DNA of 64,000 bases from an uncultured virus (IMG/VR IMGVR_UViG_3300021087_000674). Taxonomy: Duplodnaviria > Heunggongvirae > Uroviricota > Caudoviricetes. The notes below the pieces were generated by a model, which was not told where the DNA came from, did no database searches, and saw only the letters and a list, made by a program, of their open reading frames with translations. Positions 9,011-18,723 of the stretch are shown here, piece by piece. Both the position numbers and the translations under genes were made by a program. The DNA is taken from IMG/VR virus record IMGVR_UViG_3300021087_000674; one strand, 5' to 3'. Position 1 is the stretch's first letter. Each line of letters starts with the position of its first letter.

Positions 9011-10063
9011 ATGAGACTAGATCAAACTATACATTTAGATTATGCAGATGTTTTGTTAAAACCAAAACGTTCTACGTTATCATCTAGAAAAGAAGTAGAT
9101 ATGACTAGAACATTTACATTTAAAAACTCTAAAGAATCATATACTTGTTGTCCAATTGTAGCATCTAATATGGATGGTGTTGGTACATTTAGTATGGCTA
9201 AAGTATTACAGGAATATAAAATGATGACTGTAATAACAAAAACAACAACACCTGAGCAATGGAAAGAAGCAGTTGGACAAGGAATAAAATTAAAATACAT
9301 TTCTGTATGTACAGGCACAGGAAAACTTTGGGATAAAGACGCAGAAGATTATACTACATTACAAACAGTATTAAAAAGTTTTCCAGATGTTAAGTTTATT
9401 ACAATTGACGTTGCAAATGGTTATCATGAAAATTATGTAGACTTTGTTAAAAAAGTAAGAGATGAATTTCCAGATAAAACTATAATTGCAGGTAACGTTG
9501 TTACTGGTGAAATGGTTGAACAATTAATTATTAGTGGTGCTGACATAGTAAAAATTGGCATTGGTCCTGGTTCAGTATGTACAACAAGAACAATGGCTGG
9601 TGTTGGTGTACCTCAATTTTCAGCAGTAGTAGAATGTGCAGATGCGGCGAATGGCGTTGGTGGACATATTATGGCTGACGGTGGATGTAATGAACCTGGT
9701 GATGTATCAAAAGCATTAGGTGGTGGAGCACATTTTGTTATGCTAGGTGGTATGTTAGCAGGATTCAACGAATCAGAAGTTGAAGTAAAAGACGGAAAAA
9801 GAGAATTTTATGGAATGAGTTCAGACCGGGCAAGAGAAATACACGGCAAAAGAAAAGATGGATATAGAGGCAACGAAGGAAAAAGAATTTTTTTACCAGA
9901 TAGAGGACCTGTTAAAGAAGCAATAGAAGATATGTTAGGTGGTGTAAGATCCTCTTGTACATATATTGGGGCAAGAAGATTAAAAGATATACCCAAATGT
10001 GCAAGTTTTGTTTGTGTAAACCACCAACTCAATAAGGTATATGAAAGTTATGAGAATCATTAA
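9011..10063 (+). CDS. guaC: GMP reductase
   Basis: DVLLKPKRSTLSSR, SNMDGVG, DVANGY, GIGPGSVCTTR, FYGMSS and GGVRSSCTYIGA; no CBS domains. Confidence 0.92.
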   Translation: MRLDQTIHLDYADVLLKPKRSTLSSRKEVDMTRTFTFKNSKESYTCCPIVASNMDGVGTFSMAKVLQEYKMMTVITKTTTPEQWKEAVGQGIKLKYISVCTGTGKLWDKDAEDYTTLQTVLKSFPDVKFITIDVANGYHENYVDFVKKVRDEFPDKTIIAGNVVTGEMVEQLIISGADIVKIGIGPGSVCTTRTMAGVGVPQFSAVVECADAANGVGGHIMADGGCNEPGDVSKALGGGAHFVMLGGMLAGFNESEVEVKDGKREFYGMSSDRAREIHGKRKDGYRGNEGKRIFLPDRGPVKEAIEDMLGGVRSSCTYIGARRLKDIPKCASFVCVNHQLNKVYESYENH

Positions 10064-10066
10064 ATA
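10061..10066 (+). promoter_or_regulatory. late promoter-like TAAATA, 5 nt before the rplL ATG
   Basis: TAAATA-TTAAT-ATG with no SD. Confidence 0.55.
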
Positions 10067-10071
10067 TTAAT

Positions 10072-10443
10072 ATGGCAGAAATAGATACATTAGTAGAACA
10101 ATTAGGAAAATTAACAGTAGTTGAAGCAGGAGAACTTTCTAAAAAATTAGAAAAGGCTTGGGGACTAAACTTGGATAGCTTAATGAATCAACCAGCTCAA
10201 ACACAATCCCAAGTTGTTGAAGAATCAGCAACAGCCACAGTTATCTTAACAGGATTTAAAACTGGCAGTAAAATACCTGTACTTAAAAAAGTACGTGAAT
10301 ATTTCGAAGGGATGGGTTTATTAGAAGCCAAGAATTTTATTGAAGATTTACCAAAACCAGTTAAAGAAAACATCGAAAAAGAAGAAGCAGAAAAAGTTCA
10401 AAAGGCATTAATAGAAGCAGGCGGAACCGTAGAATTAAAATGA
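10072..10443 (+). CDS. rplL: ribosomal protein L7/L12 (bL12), full length
   Basis: N-domain LTVVEAGELSKKLEKAWG; C-domain KIPVLKKVRE..GMGLLEAK..EAEKVQKALIEAGGTVELK. Confidence 0.92.
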   Translation: MAEIDTLVEQLGKLTVVEAGELSKKLEKAWGLNLDSLMNQPAQTQSQVVEESATATVILTGFKTGSKIPVLKKVREYFEGMGLLEAKNFIEDLPKPVKENIEKEEAEKVQKALIEAGGTVELK

Positions 10444-10547
10444 GCAAACTAACTGAGGCAGAAGAACTAGAAAAAACAATAAATGGCACATGGACTATAA
10501 AAGAAATTATTGAAGCGATGAACCGCATTCTTGACAAAGATCAATAA
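10440..10547 (+). CDS. 35-aa hypothetical protein (not in the ORF track)
   Basis: ATGA overlap with the rplL stop; MSKLTEAEELEKTINGTWTIKEIIEAMNRILDKDQ. Confidence 0.5.
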   Translation: MSKLTEAEELEKTINGTWTIKEIIEAMNRILDKDQ

Positions 10548-10559
10548 ACTTGTTATAGT
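10531..10559 (+). promoter_or_regulatory. sigma70-type promoter for DNA polymerase
   Basis: TTGACA-17 nt-TATAGT with TG extended -10. Confidence 0.8.
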
Positions 10560-10573
10560 ATAGAAAAGGTTTA

Positions 10574-10619
10574 GTTGGCCAAAAACAACGATTGGTAATA
10601 TGTCAGCCAAAAATGACAT
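10574..10619 (+). promoter_or_regulatory. tandem RNA hairpins with identical GCCAAAAA loops, candidate translational operator of DNA polymerase
   Basis: GTTG-GCCAAAAA-CAAC (10574-10589) and ATGTCA-GCCAAAAA-TGACAT (10600-10619), 1 nt before SD AGGAG. Confidence 0.7.
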
Positions 10620-10630
10620 TAGGAGAATAA

Positions 10631-13297
10631 ATGAGTTACATAAATGGTTATTTCGATAGAAGTCAAGATATCATAAGAGTGGTAGAACGAGATAACGGAA
10701 ATAGAATTTTCAGAGAATATCCAATCAAATATACATTTTACTACGAAGATCCTAGAGGTAAACATAAAAGCGTCGACGGTAAGACGTTAACTAGAATCGT
10801 ATGTAAAAACACAAAAGATTTCCATAAAGAACTTGCAATCAATAGAAACAAAAAATTATACGAATCTGACATTAATCCTATTTTTCAATGTTTAAGTGAA
10901 AATTATATTAATGCTGATGCACCTAAATTAAAAATTGCTTTCTTTGATATAGAGACAGATTTTGATCCTGAAAAAGGTTTTTCTTTACCAAGTGATCCTT
11001 TTATGCCAGTAACTGCAATTAGTGTACATTTAAAATGGTTAGATACTCTTGTTACGTTTGCTCTTAAACCTAAAAATATGTCAATGACTAGAGCAAAAGA
11101 ATCTGTTAAAAATTTTGAAAACGTAACAATTTATGAACATGAATCTCAAGTACTAACTGCATTTTTAGATATTATAGAAGAAGCAGATGTATTAAGTGGA
11201 TGGAATAGTGAAGGGTATGATCTTCCATATTTAATTAATAGAATATCTAAAACAATGAGTAAAGATGATACAAGACGTTTTTGTTTATGGAAACAATTAC
11301 CTAAAAAAAGAGAATTTGATAGATTTGGAAGAACACAAGAAACATATGATTTAATCGGACGAGTACATTTAGATAGTTTAGAACTTTATAGAAAATACAC
11401 ATATGAAGAACGACATTCATATAGACTAGATGCAATTGGTGATCACGAACTAGGAGAAACAAAAACTGTATATGAAGGATCGTTAGATCAATTATATAAT
11501 GATGACTTTGCAAAATTTATTGAGTACAATAGACAAGACGTTGCATTACTAGATAAGTTAGATAAAAAATTTAAATTAATAACTTTAACTAATGAACTTG
11601 CACATCAAAATACTGTATTACTTCAAACTACATTAGGAGCAGTTGCAGTAACAGAACAAGCCATTATTAACGAAGCACACAAAAGAGGAGTACAAGTACC
11701 TAATAGAATTAAACGTGAACCCAACTCTACTGAATCGGCGGCAGGTGCTTATGTGGCATTTCCTAAAAAAGGATTACATAATTGGATAGGTGCAATGGAT
11801 ATTAAATCACTATATCCATCTGTTATTAGAGCATTGAATATGGGTCCTGAATGTATTGTCGGTCAATTAAAACCTGAATCTACTGATGCTTTTATAGACG
11901 AACAAATGTCATTACAAAAAAAATCATTCGCATCAGCATGGGAAGGTCAGTTTGGATCTTTAGAATATGAAGCAGTGATGTCTCAACGAAAAGATTTTAA
12001 TATTACTGTAGACTGGGAAGACGGCAAAAGCGAAACAATGAGTGGAGCACAAATTTATAAATTGATATTTGATAGTAATGCTTCTTTAATGTTAAGTGCC
12101 AATGGTACAATTTTTACTAGTGATTTTACAGGCGTTATACCAGGACTATTAAAAAAATGGTATGCTGAACGACAACATTTACAAGAAATGAAACAAAAAG
12201 CCGTAGATGCTAATAACGATGCAGAAATAGGATTCTGGGATAGAAGACAATTAGTGAAAAAAATTAACTTGAATAGTTTATATGGTGCAATATTAAATCC
12301 AGGTTGTAGATTTTTTGATAAAAGAATAGGACAATCCACAACATTATCAGGTAGACAAATTACTAAACATATGGCGGCTAAAATTAATGAAGTAACAACA
12401 GGAACATATGATCATTTAGGAAAATCAATAATATATGGAGATACTGATTCTGCTTATTTTTCAGCACATCCTATATTAAAAAAAGAAATAGAAACAGGTA
12501 AAATACCTTGGAATAAAGAAAGTGTTATCAAATTATATGATAAAGTTGCTGAAGAAGTTAATACTAGTTTTAAAGACTTTATGTTAGAAGCATTTCATTG
12601 TCCTAAACATAGAGGAGATGTTATTGAAGCAGGTAAAGAATCTGTTGCAGAAACAGGACTTTTTATTACTAAAAAAAGATATGCAGTATTAAATTATGAA
12701 GTAGACGGTATTAGATTAGATGAAAATACGCCTGGTAAAGTAAAAGCAATGGGATTAGATTTAAAAAGATCAGATACTCCTGTGTTTGTACAAAACTTTT
12801 TAAGTGAATTATTATTAATGGTATTAACTAAAAAAACAGAAAAAGAAGTTTTAGAAAGAATAACCGAATTTAGAATTAGTTTTAAACAACGACCTGGTTG
12901 GGAAAAAGGATCGCCTAAAAGAGTTAACAATCTTGTAGAATATGTAAGAAAAGAAAATAGATATGGAAAAACGAATATGCCAGGTCACGTTAGAGCAAGT
13001 ATGAACTGGAACAATCTTAAAAGAATGCATAACGACAAGCATTCTATGGAAATAGTAGATGGTATGAAAGTTATTGTATGTAAACTTAAAAAGAATCCAT
13101 TAGAATATACATCTGTTTCATATCCTACGGATCAACTACGTATTCCAAAATGGTTTAAGGAATTATCTTTTGATGGTGACGCAATGGAATCTACTTTAAT
13201 TGACAATAAATTAGGAAACTTACTAGGAGAACTAAACTGGGATATTCAATCTACACTACAAGATAATACATTTAGTTCTATGTTTGAATTTGAATAA
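10631..13297 (+). CDS. family B DNA polymerase (gp43-like)
   Basis: Exo motifs FFDIETD, GWNSEGYD, YNRQDV; Pol motifs DIKSLYPS, KINLNSLYG, YGDTDS. Confidence 0.97.
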   Translation: MSYINGYFDRSQDIIRVVERDNGNRIFREYPIKYTFYYEDPRGKHKSVDGKTLTRIVCKNTKDFHKELAINRNKKLYESDINPIFQCLSENYINADAPKLKIAFFDIETDFDPEKGFSLPSDPFMPVTAISVHLKWLDTLVTFALKPKNMSMTRAKESVKNFENVTIYEHESQVLTAFLDIIEEADVLSGWNSEGYDLPYLINRISKTMSKDDTRRFCLWKQLPKKREFDRFGRTQETYDLIGRVHLDSLELYRKYTYEERHSYRLDAIGDHELGETKTVYEGSLDQLYNDDFAKFIEYNRQDVALLDKLDKKFKLITLTNELAHQNTVLLQTTLGAVAVTEQAIINEAHKRGVQVPNRIKREPNSTESAAGAYVAFPKKGLHNWIGAMDIKSLYPSVIRALNMGPECIVGQLKPESTDAFIDEQMSLQKKSFASAWEGQFGSLEYEAVMSQRKDFNITVDWEDGKSETMSGAQIYKLIFDSNASLMLSANGTIFTSDFTGVIPGLLKKWYAERQHLQEMKQKAVDANNDAEIGFWDRRQLVKKINLNSLYGAILNPGCRFFDKRIGQSTTLSGRQITKHMAAKINEVTTGTYDHLGKSIIYGDTDSAYFSAHPILKKEIETGKIPWNKESVIKLYDKVAEEVNTSFKDFMLEAFHCPKHRGDVIEAGKESVAETGLFITKKRYAVLNYEVDGIRLDENTPGKVKAMGLDLKRSDTPVFVQNFLSELLLMVLTKKTEKEVLERITEFRISFKQRPGWEKGSPKRVNNLVEYVRKENRYGKTNMPGHVRASMNWNNLKRMHNDKHSMEIVDGMKVIVCKLKKNPLEYTSVSYPTDQLRIPKWFKELSFDGDAMESTLIDNKLGNLLGELNWDIQSTLQDNTFSSMFEFE

Positions 13298-13298
13298 T

Positions 13299-13838
13299 AT
13301 GGCTACACACGGAATGATAGATTTGGAAACTTTGGACACTACACCTAGTGCTACGATTCTTACATTAGGAGCAGTTAAGTTTAATCCATATAATACTCAA
13401 ACACCTCATACTGATTTATATCTTAGAATAGATGTAGATGAACAAACAAAAATAGGAAGAAGTGTAAATGAGAAAACATTAGAATGGTGGGGGCAACAAG
13501 ATAAAGAAGTTAAAGATGAAGCATTTACAGACGAAGGAAGAATTAATTTAGAAGAAACAACAAGAGTTCTTAACAAATGGTGCGTAGGATTAGATGAACT
13601 TTGGTGCCAAGGTCCATTATTTGACTATGCAATATTACAAAATTTATATGCACAATTAGAAAAACCTGTGCCATGGAACTTCTGGCAGATCAGAGATTCT
13701 AGAACATTGCAAAATATGTTGCCAAAAGACATGAGAGTAAGCCCTAGAACGGACTTGCATAATGCTTTGGCTGATTGCAAATATCAAGCTAGAGGTGTTC
13801 AAAAGGCATATAGATATTTTGGAGTTGAAAGAGGATGA
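13299..13838 (+). CDS. DEDDh 3'-5' exonuclease (DexA/ExoVIII-like)
   Basis: MIDLETL, FDYAIL, RDSRT and HNALADC motifs. Confidence 0.88.
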   Translation: MATHGMIDLETLDTTPSATILTLGAVKFNPYNTQTPHTDLYLRIDVDEQTKIGRSVNEKTLEWWGQQDKEVKDEAFTDEGRINLEETTRVLNKWCVGLDELWCQGPLFDYAILQNLYAQLEKPVPWNFWQIRDSRTLQNMLPKDMRVSPRTDLHNALADCKYQARGVQKAYRYFGVERG

Positions 13839-13849
13839 AAAATTTTAAC

Positions 13850-13878
13850 TTGACTTCGAATAAAAACCTAAATATAAT
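13850..13878 (+). promoter_or_regulatory. sigma70-type promoter
   Basis: TTGACT-17 nt-TATAAT. Confidence 0.85.
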
Positions 13879-13896
13879 AAGGAAACGGAGAAATAT

Positions 13897-14622
13897 ATGA
13901 AAAGTATCTTACAAGATATTGTTGCTCATACGCATTCATTAGGATTTTTAAGTTTAGTAAAAATCACAAATGAAGAGCAAACAAAAATAGAAAGTATGGC
14001 TGAAGATCGTTCAGTTATATTAAGTGCGAGCACCAACGATAAAGTAAATGAATTCGAAGGTGTGTTTGGTATGCCTAATTTAGATAAATTAGCACTCCAT
14101 TTAAAATGTCCAGAGTATGACAAAAATGCAAAACTCAATGTTGTATCTTCTGTTAGAAATGGAAAAAAGGTTCCAACTAATATTCACTTTGAAAACGAAA
14201 AAGGTGATTTTCAAAATGATTATAGATTTATGAGTACTGAAATTATTAACGAGAAATTAAAATCTGTTAAATTTAAAGGTACTGCTTGGGATATAGAGAT
14301 TGAACCAAGTATAGCATCTATACAAAGATTAAAATTACAGGCGGCGGCACACGTAGAAGAAACTGTATTCACTATTAAAACAGAAAATAAAAATTTAGTA
14401 TTTTATTTTGGTGATGCGAATTCTCACGCAGGTAATTTTATATTTCAACACGATGTTGGAGAACTAAAAAAAGCATGGAGTTGGCCTATTCAACAAGTTA
14501 TTAGTATATTAAGTCTTGATGGCAGAATGAAAATGAAAATTTCTGATCAAGGAGCAATGCAAATAACTGTAGATAGTGGTGTTGGTGAATACAATTATAT
14601 TTTACCAGCTCAAACAAAATAA
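13897..14622 (+). CDS. probable DNA polymerase sliding clamp (gp45/PCNA-like)
   Basis: 241 aa, next to the polymerase; two-fold beta-alpha-beta pattern and C-terminal YNYILPA. Confidence 0.5.
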   Translation: MKSILQDIVAHTHSLGFLSLVKITNEEQTKIESMAEDRSVILSASTNDKVNEFEGVFGMPNLDKLALHLKCPEYDKNAKLNVVSSVRNGKKVPTNIHFENEKGDFQNDYRFMSTEIINEKLKSVKFKGTAWDIEIEPSIASIQRLKLQAAAHVEETVFTIKTENKNLVFYFGDANSHAGNFIFQHDVGELKKAWSWPIQQVISILSLDGRMKMKISDQGAMQITVDSGVGEYNYILPAQTK

Positions 14623-14632
14623 GGAGTAACAC

Positions 14633-16096
14633 TTGAACACAGACTTAACAAAAGTTCAGAAGGATTGGGCGGTATTCTTGCCAGCGATGAGTAGTTTCTT
14701 CGCGAGAGATTTAGGAAAGGCAAAACACGAAGACGATTATATACTTCCTGCAAGAGTTCCTAAAAAGTTTGAACACGGAATCCAAGGATTAAATTATATA
14801 GAACCAAAGGATACGTATTTTAACTACAAATGGAATTTATATTCCGCAGGTCACGCCGACTTGAATATGACAAAGTTTAGTGTTAGAGATGATATTGTTA
14901 GAAATAGAAATAGAGCTAATAATTGGTTACTAGGAGACTCTGGAGGTTTCCAAATAGGTAAAGGTGTGTGGGAAGGTGATTGGAAAGATCCTAATTGTCC
15001 TAAAGCTAGAAAGAAACGTGAACAAGTATTAACGTGGTTGGATGCTAATATGGACTATGGAATGATATTAGATATTCCTGCTTGGGTTTCAAGATCACCC
15101 GAAGGTGCTAAAGCTAGTAATATTAATAGCTATCAAGAAGCTGTAAATGGTACAAAAATAAACAATGATTACTTTATGAAAAATAGAAATGGTAATTGTA
15201 AGTTTTTAAATGTATTACAAGGTGAAAATTTCCAACAAGCAGACGATTGGTATGAACAAATGAAAGAATATTGTGATCCTAAAAAATATCCTAGTACACA
15301 TTTTAATGGATGGTCATTTGGTGGTCAAAATATGTGCGATATACATCTTGCATTAAAGAGACTTGTTGCACTACGTTTTGATGGATTGCTTGAAAAAGGT
15401 GTTCATGATGTTGTACACTTTTTAGGAACATCTAAACTTGAATGGGCAGTATTATTAACAGATATACAAAGAGCTATAAGAAAATATCACAATCCAAATT
15501 TTATGATTACATTTGATTGTGCTTCTCCGTTTTTAGCTTGTGCCAATGGTCAAATTTATATTGACATCGAAATAAAAGATAGAAAAAAATGGGTATACAG
15601 AATGCAGGCAAGTGCAGATAATAAAAAATATAAACCAGATCCCAGAACGTTTAGAGATGCTGTACTTGAAGAAAAAATATTTAAAAATTTTAGAGAGAGT
15701 CCAATTAGTAAAAGATTAATGCTTGATGATGTATGTTGTTATTCTCCTGGAGAATTAAACAAAATGAAAAATGATCCGAAAACTAGTTGGGATTCATTTA
15801 GTTATACTTTACAAATGGCTCACAATGTTTGGATGCATATTACAGCAGTACAAGAAGCCAATGAAGCATATGACAAAGGAATATATCCAGGTATGTTATT
15901 ACAAGAAAAATTTGATAAAATTTCTTTTAGAGATATTATAGAGGCTATATTTGCAACTAGTAGTAGAGATGAAGCAAACGCAGTTATAGAAGAATTCCAA
16001 AGATATTTTATGACAGTAATAGGAACAAGGGGGGCGACTGGCAAGAAAACGGTGAACGCAAGTACACAATTTGCTAATTTATTTGAGGAGGTATAA
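14633..16096 (+). CDS. TGT-fold guanine transglycosylase (DpdA-like)
   Basis: LGDSGGFQ, MILDIP, NVLQG, HFLG and TFDCASP motifs of the TGT family; TTG start with SD AAGGAG. Confidence 0.75.
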   Translation: MNTDLTKVQKDWAVFLPAMSSFFARDLGKAKHEDDYILPARVPKKFEHGIQGLNYIEPKDTYFNYKWNLYSAGHADLNMTKFSVRDDIVRNRNRANNWLLGDSGGFQIGKGVWEGDWKDPNCPKARKKREQVLTWLDANMDYGMILDIPAWVSRSPEGAKASNINSYQEAVNGTKINNDYFMKNRNGNCKFLNVLQGENFQQADDWYEQMKEYCDPKKYPSTHFNGWSFGGQNMCDIHLALKRLVALRFDGLLEKGVHDVVHFLGTSKLEWAVLLTDIQRAIRKYHNPNFMITFDCASPFLACANGQIYIDIEIKDRKKWVYRMQASADNKKYKPDPRTFRDAVLEEKIFKNFRESPISKRLMLDDVCCYSPGELNKMKNDPKTSWDSFSYTLQMAHNVWMHITAVQEANEAYDKGIYPGMLLQEKFDKISFRDIIEAIFATSSRDEANAVIEEFQRYFMTVIGTRGATGKKTVNASTQFANLFEEV

Positions 16097-16287
16097 TGGC
16101 GAAGAAAGATAAAAAACTTAAAAAGTTAAAATATGAGTTTAATTATTATCAAAGAAAAGTCGAAGAAATGGAAAACGAAAGGGACACAGATAGAAGCTGG
16201 GAAAGTAAAGCATTAATAAAAAAGTTTAAAAAAATTAAACTTGCAATAAAAACTGAAATAGGAAACTTTGCAAAGAAAATATTATGA
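16096..16287 (+). CDS. small basic coiled-coil protein
   Basis: ORF with SD GAGGAGG. Confidence 0.7.
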   Translation: MAKKDKKLKKLKYEFNYYQRKVEEMENERDTDRSWESKALIKKFKKIKLAIKTEIGNFAKKIL

Positions 16288-17264
16288 AGAGTTTAATAGT
16301 AGGATTAGGTTTTGGTCAATTATATAAACGTGTTTTAGAAAAAATGGGACACAATGTAATTACTGTGGACATTAATTCAAAACATAAACCTATGTTTTTA
16401 GAATTAACTACAGCATTAGCAACTCATCCAGAATTTGATACTGCTCACATTTGTACACCTAACAATACACATTATACAATTGCCCAAAAAATTGCACCGC
16501 ATTGTAAAATGATTTTTATAGAAAAGCCTGGTGTACAAAATGCTCAACAATGGCAAATTTTAGTAAGTTCTAATAAAAATACAAAATTTATTATGACAAA
16601 AAATAATATGTGGAGAACTAAATTATGGATAGAAAGTATTGTAGCAAAAACAAACAAAAGTGATGTAGTTCATATAAACTGGCGTAATTATAACTTTATA
16701 CCTAATCCTGGTGGTTGGTTTACAAATAAGGCTCTTGCATATGGTGGTGTCTCTCGAGATTTATTACCACACTTATTAAGTCTTTTTATTACACTAAATC
16801 CCGATACTTATAAAGATTATAAACTTACAAAATTTCATAAAGAACAAAAAAATACTATAAACAGTTTAATTGAAGAAACATATAAAGCAACAGGTGATGA
16901 CAGAGCAGGAAATTATGGAACTATTAATCCTAATGGAGTATATAATGTAGATGATTTAGTAGAATTAGAATTTAGTAATAATGAAAAAACATTTAAACTT
17001 TTAGCAGATTGGAAGGCTAAAGATAAATTACCTACAAATGAATCCAATCAAGAAAATGATGATATTGCATTACATTTTTTTAAAGATAATAAAGAAGTAG
17101 AAGAAGTGCAACAATTAGGATTATGTCCTGAAAGTGCATATGAACAAATGATTACAAATTGTATAACTCACAAAGATGATAATGCATTTTGGCAAAAACA
17201 ATTAGAATATGATTTATGGATACACGAAATAATAACAAATGATGACGAAACTATTATACACTGA
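16284..17264 (+). CDS. Gfo/Idh/MocA family oxidoreductase
   Basis: IVGLGFG, HICTPNNTH, FIEKP and GGVSRDLLPH motifs. Confidence 0.88.
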   Translation: MKSLIVGLGFGQLYKRVLEKMGHNVITVDINSKHKPMFLELTTALATHPEFDTAHICTPNNTHYTIAQKIAPHCKMIFIEKPGVQNAQQWQILVSSNKNTKFIMTKNNMWRTKLWIESIVAKTNKSDVVHINWRNYNFIPNPGGWFTNKALAYGGVSRDLLPHLLSLFITLNPDTYKDYKLTKFHKEQKNTINSLIEETYKATGDDRAGNYGTINPNGVYNVDDLVELEFSNNEKTFKLLADWKAKDKLPTNESNQENDDIALHFFKDNKEVEEVQQLGLCPESAYEQMITNCITHKDDNAFWQKQLEYDLWIHEIITNDDETIIH

Positions 17265-18153
17265 AGGTAAAGGTTCATTTAATGAAGGAACTATAGATAT
17301 TCCTAGCATATCTAATGAACAAATTAAAGTTAAAGCAATATACACAGGAGTATGTAGAAGCGATATAGATATGATGCAAGGAAACTTTGGTCCATTACCT
17401 TTAACCATGCAAGGTCATGAAGGATTAGGAAAAGTAATAGAAAAAGGAAAAGATGTATATGATGTAGACATAGGAGACTTTGTAGCAACTAGAGGTGAAC
17501 CTGCATATGCGGACTTTTATAATTGCGAGGCAGGAACTTATGTTAAAGTACCCGAATGCGATCCTAAATATATTATAGAACCAGTTGCTAGTGGTATAAA
17601 CATAATCAATTCTTGTAAGATGCCAATTGAAAGAAGAGGTAGAAAACAAGGAGCAAGATTATTAATTATAGGAAGTGGGTTTTTAGCACAGGTTGTATAT
17701 CATTATCTTTTAAATTTTATGTTAGAAAAAAATATTCATTTTAATATTACAGTATACGGTCATAGTAATAAAGAATTATGGGGCAACAAACTTTCTGATG
17801 CAATTGACGGAAAGTTTGATGTTGTAATTGATCTTAATAATAGAAATGAAGCATTTGAAAAAGAAATATTTAATACAGAAGCATTATTAATAATGGGTGC
17901 AGAAAAACCTAATAAAGTTACAACAACATTTTCTACAATGCTATGGAATTCAATGACTTTAAAATTTCCTAGTCCACGAGATAGTGGATTTATAGAGTGT
18001 ATGCATAAAGCAGTAGAATTAATACATTCAGGTAAAATTGATGTATCTTCTTTTTGGACAAAAGGGTACGATAGAAATACTGAATGGAAAGATGCATTTA
18101 ACGAAGGTCTTAATAGACCAAAAGGATATAGTAGAGGATATATTAAGTGGTAA
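17239..18153 (+). CDS. MDR (Zn alcohol dehydrogenase-like) oxidoreductase
   Basis: GVCRSD, GHEGLG, EPVA and IGSGFLA motifs. Confidence 0.88.
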   Translation: MMTKLLYTEGKGSFNEGTIDIPSISNEQIKVKAIYTGVCRSDIDMMQGNFGPLPLTMQGHEGLGKVIEKGKDVYDVDIGDFVATRGEPAYADFYNCEAGTYVKVPECDPKYIIEPVASGINIINSCKMPIERRGRKQGARLLIIGSGFLAQVVYHYLLNFMLEKNIHFNITVYGHSNKELWGNKLSDAIDGKFDVVIDLNNRNEAFEKEIFNTEALLIMGAEKPNKVTTTFSTMLWNSMTLKFPSPRDSGFIECMHKAVELIHSGKIDVSSFWTKGYDRNTEWKDAFNEGLNRPKGYSRGYIKW

Positions 18154-18157
18154 AAAA

Positions 18158-18682
18158 ATGTTAGACACGAGTAAAAGAAAAGAATCAGTATATTTTACAG
18201 GTGAAGAAATAGAACAAACACCTATGATTGGACAGAGAACATTATTTGTTGTTGGAATTAGACCTGCAAAAGAAATAGAAGAATTAGCTAGTAAAAAGGA
18301 TATAAAACACGTTTACTTTGGTACAAGTCAAAGTTTTAATCCTAGCAGTGAAACAGATTGGAAAGACTGGTATGTTATGATGACAATACTATTAGAAAAA
18401 AACTATTGGGTTACATTAGATTTTGATGTCAGTTATTCCAATGACGTAATAGAATCGGGATTAATGGCCTTTGAAAAGTTTATTCCAATGATAAGTGCTA
18501 AAATTCCAAACATTGAAAAACTGAATAAAAATGCAGTTTTAAAAATAGATGATACTACGTGGGGTTTAACAAACAAAGGAGTATGGTCCAAAGACCTCAA
18601 CACTTTAAAAGGCTATATGCAATATACAGAATGGTCAGAATATAAAGACGATACCGTTTTGGACATTGACAATGAAAAATAA
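18158..18682 (+). CDS. hypothetical protein
   Basis: ORF; YFTGEEIEQTP...TLFVVG...KIDD. Confidence 0.7.
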   Translation: MLDTSKRKESVYFTGEEIEQTPMIGQRTLFVVGIRPAKEIEELASKKDIKHVYFGTSQSFNPSSETDWKDWYVMMTILLEKNYWVTLDFDVSYSNDVIESGLMAFEKFIPMISAKIPNIEKLNKNAVLKIDDTTWGLTNKGVWSKDLNTLKGYMQYTEWSEYKDDTVLDIDNEK

Positions 18683-18694
18683 AACTGTTATAAT
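18666..18694 (+). promoter_or_regulatory. consensus sigma70 promoter
   Basis: TTGACA-17 nt-TATAAT with TG extension. Confidence 0.9.
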
Positions 18695-18723
18695 GGACAA
18701 CTCATAAAAAGAAAAGGAACGCA

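Noticed and set aside
6746..10443. Bacterial chromosomal fragment or contamination (fdh, guaC, rplL, prx)
   Set aside because: rplL lacks its rplJ/rpoB context, the genes share the window's GCS-GCN Ala-Ala habit and TAAATA motif, and they are flanked by phage genes. Read mapping is still advisable.
10631..13297. Intein or intron in the DNA polymerase
   Set aside because: 888 aa with normally spaced motifs; no splice-junction or homing endonuclease signature.
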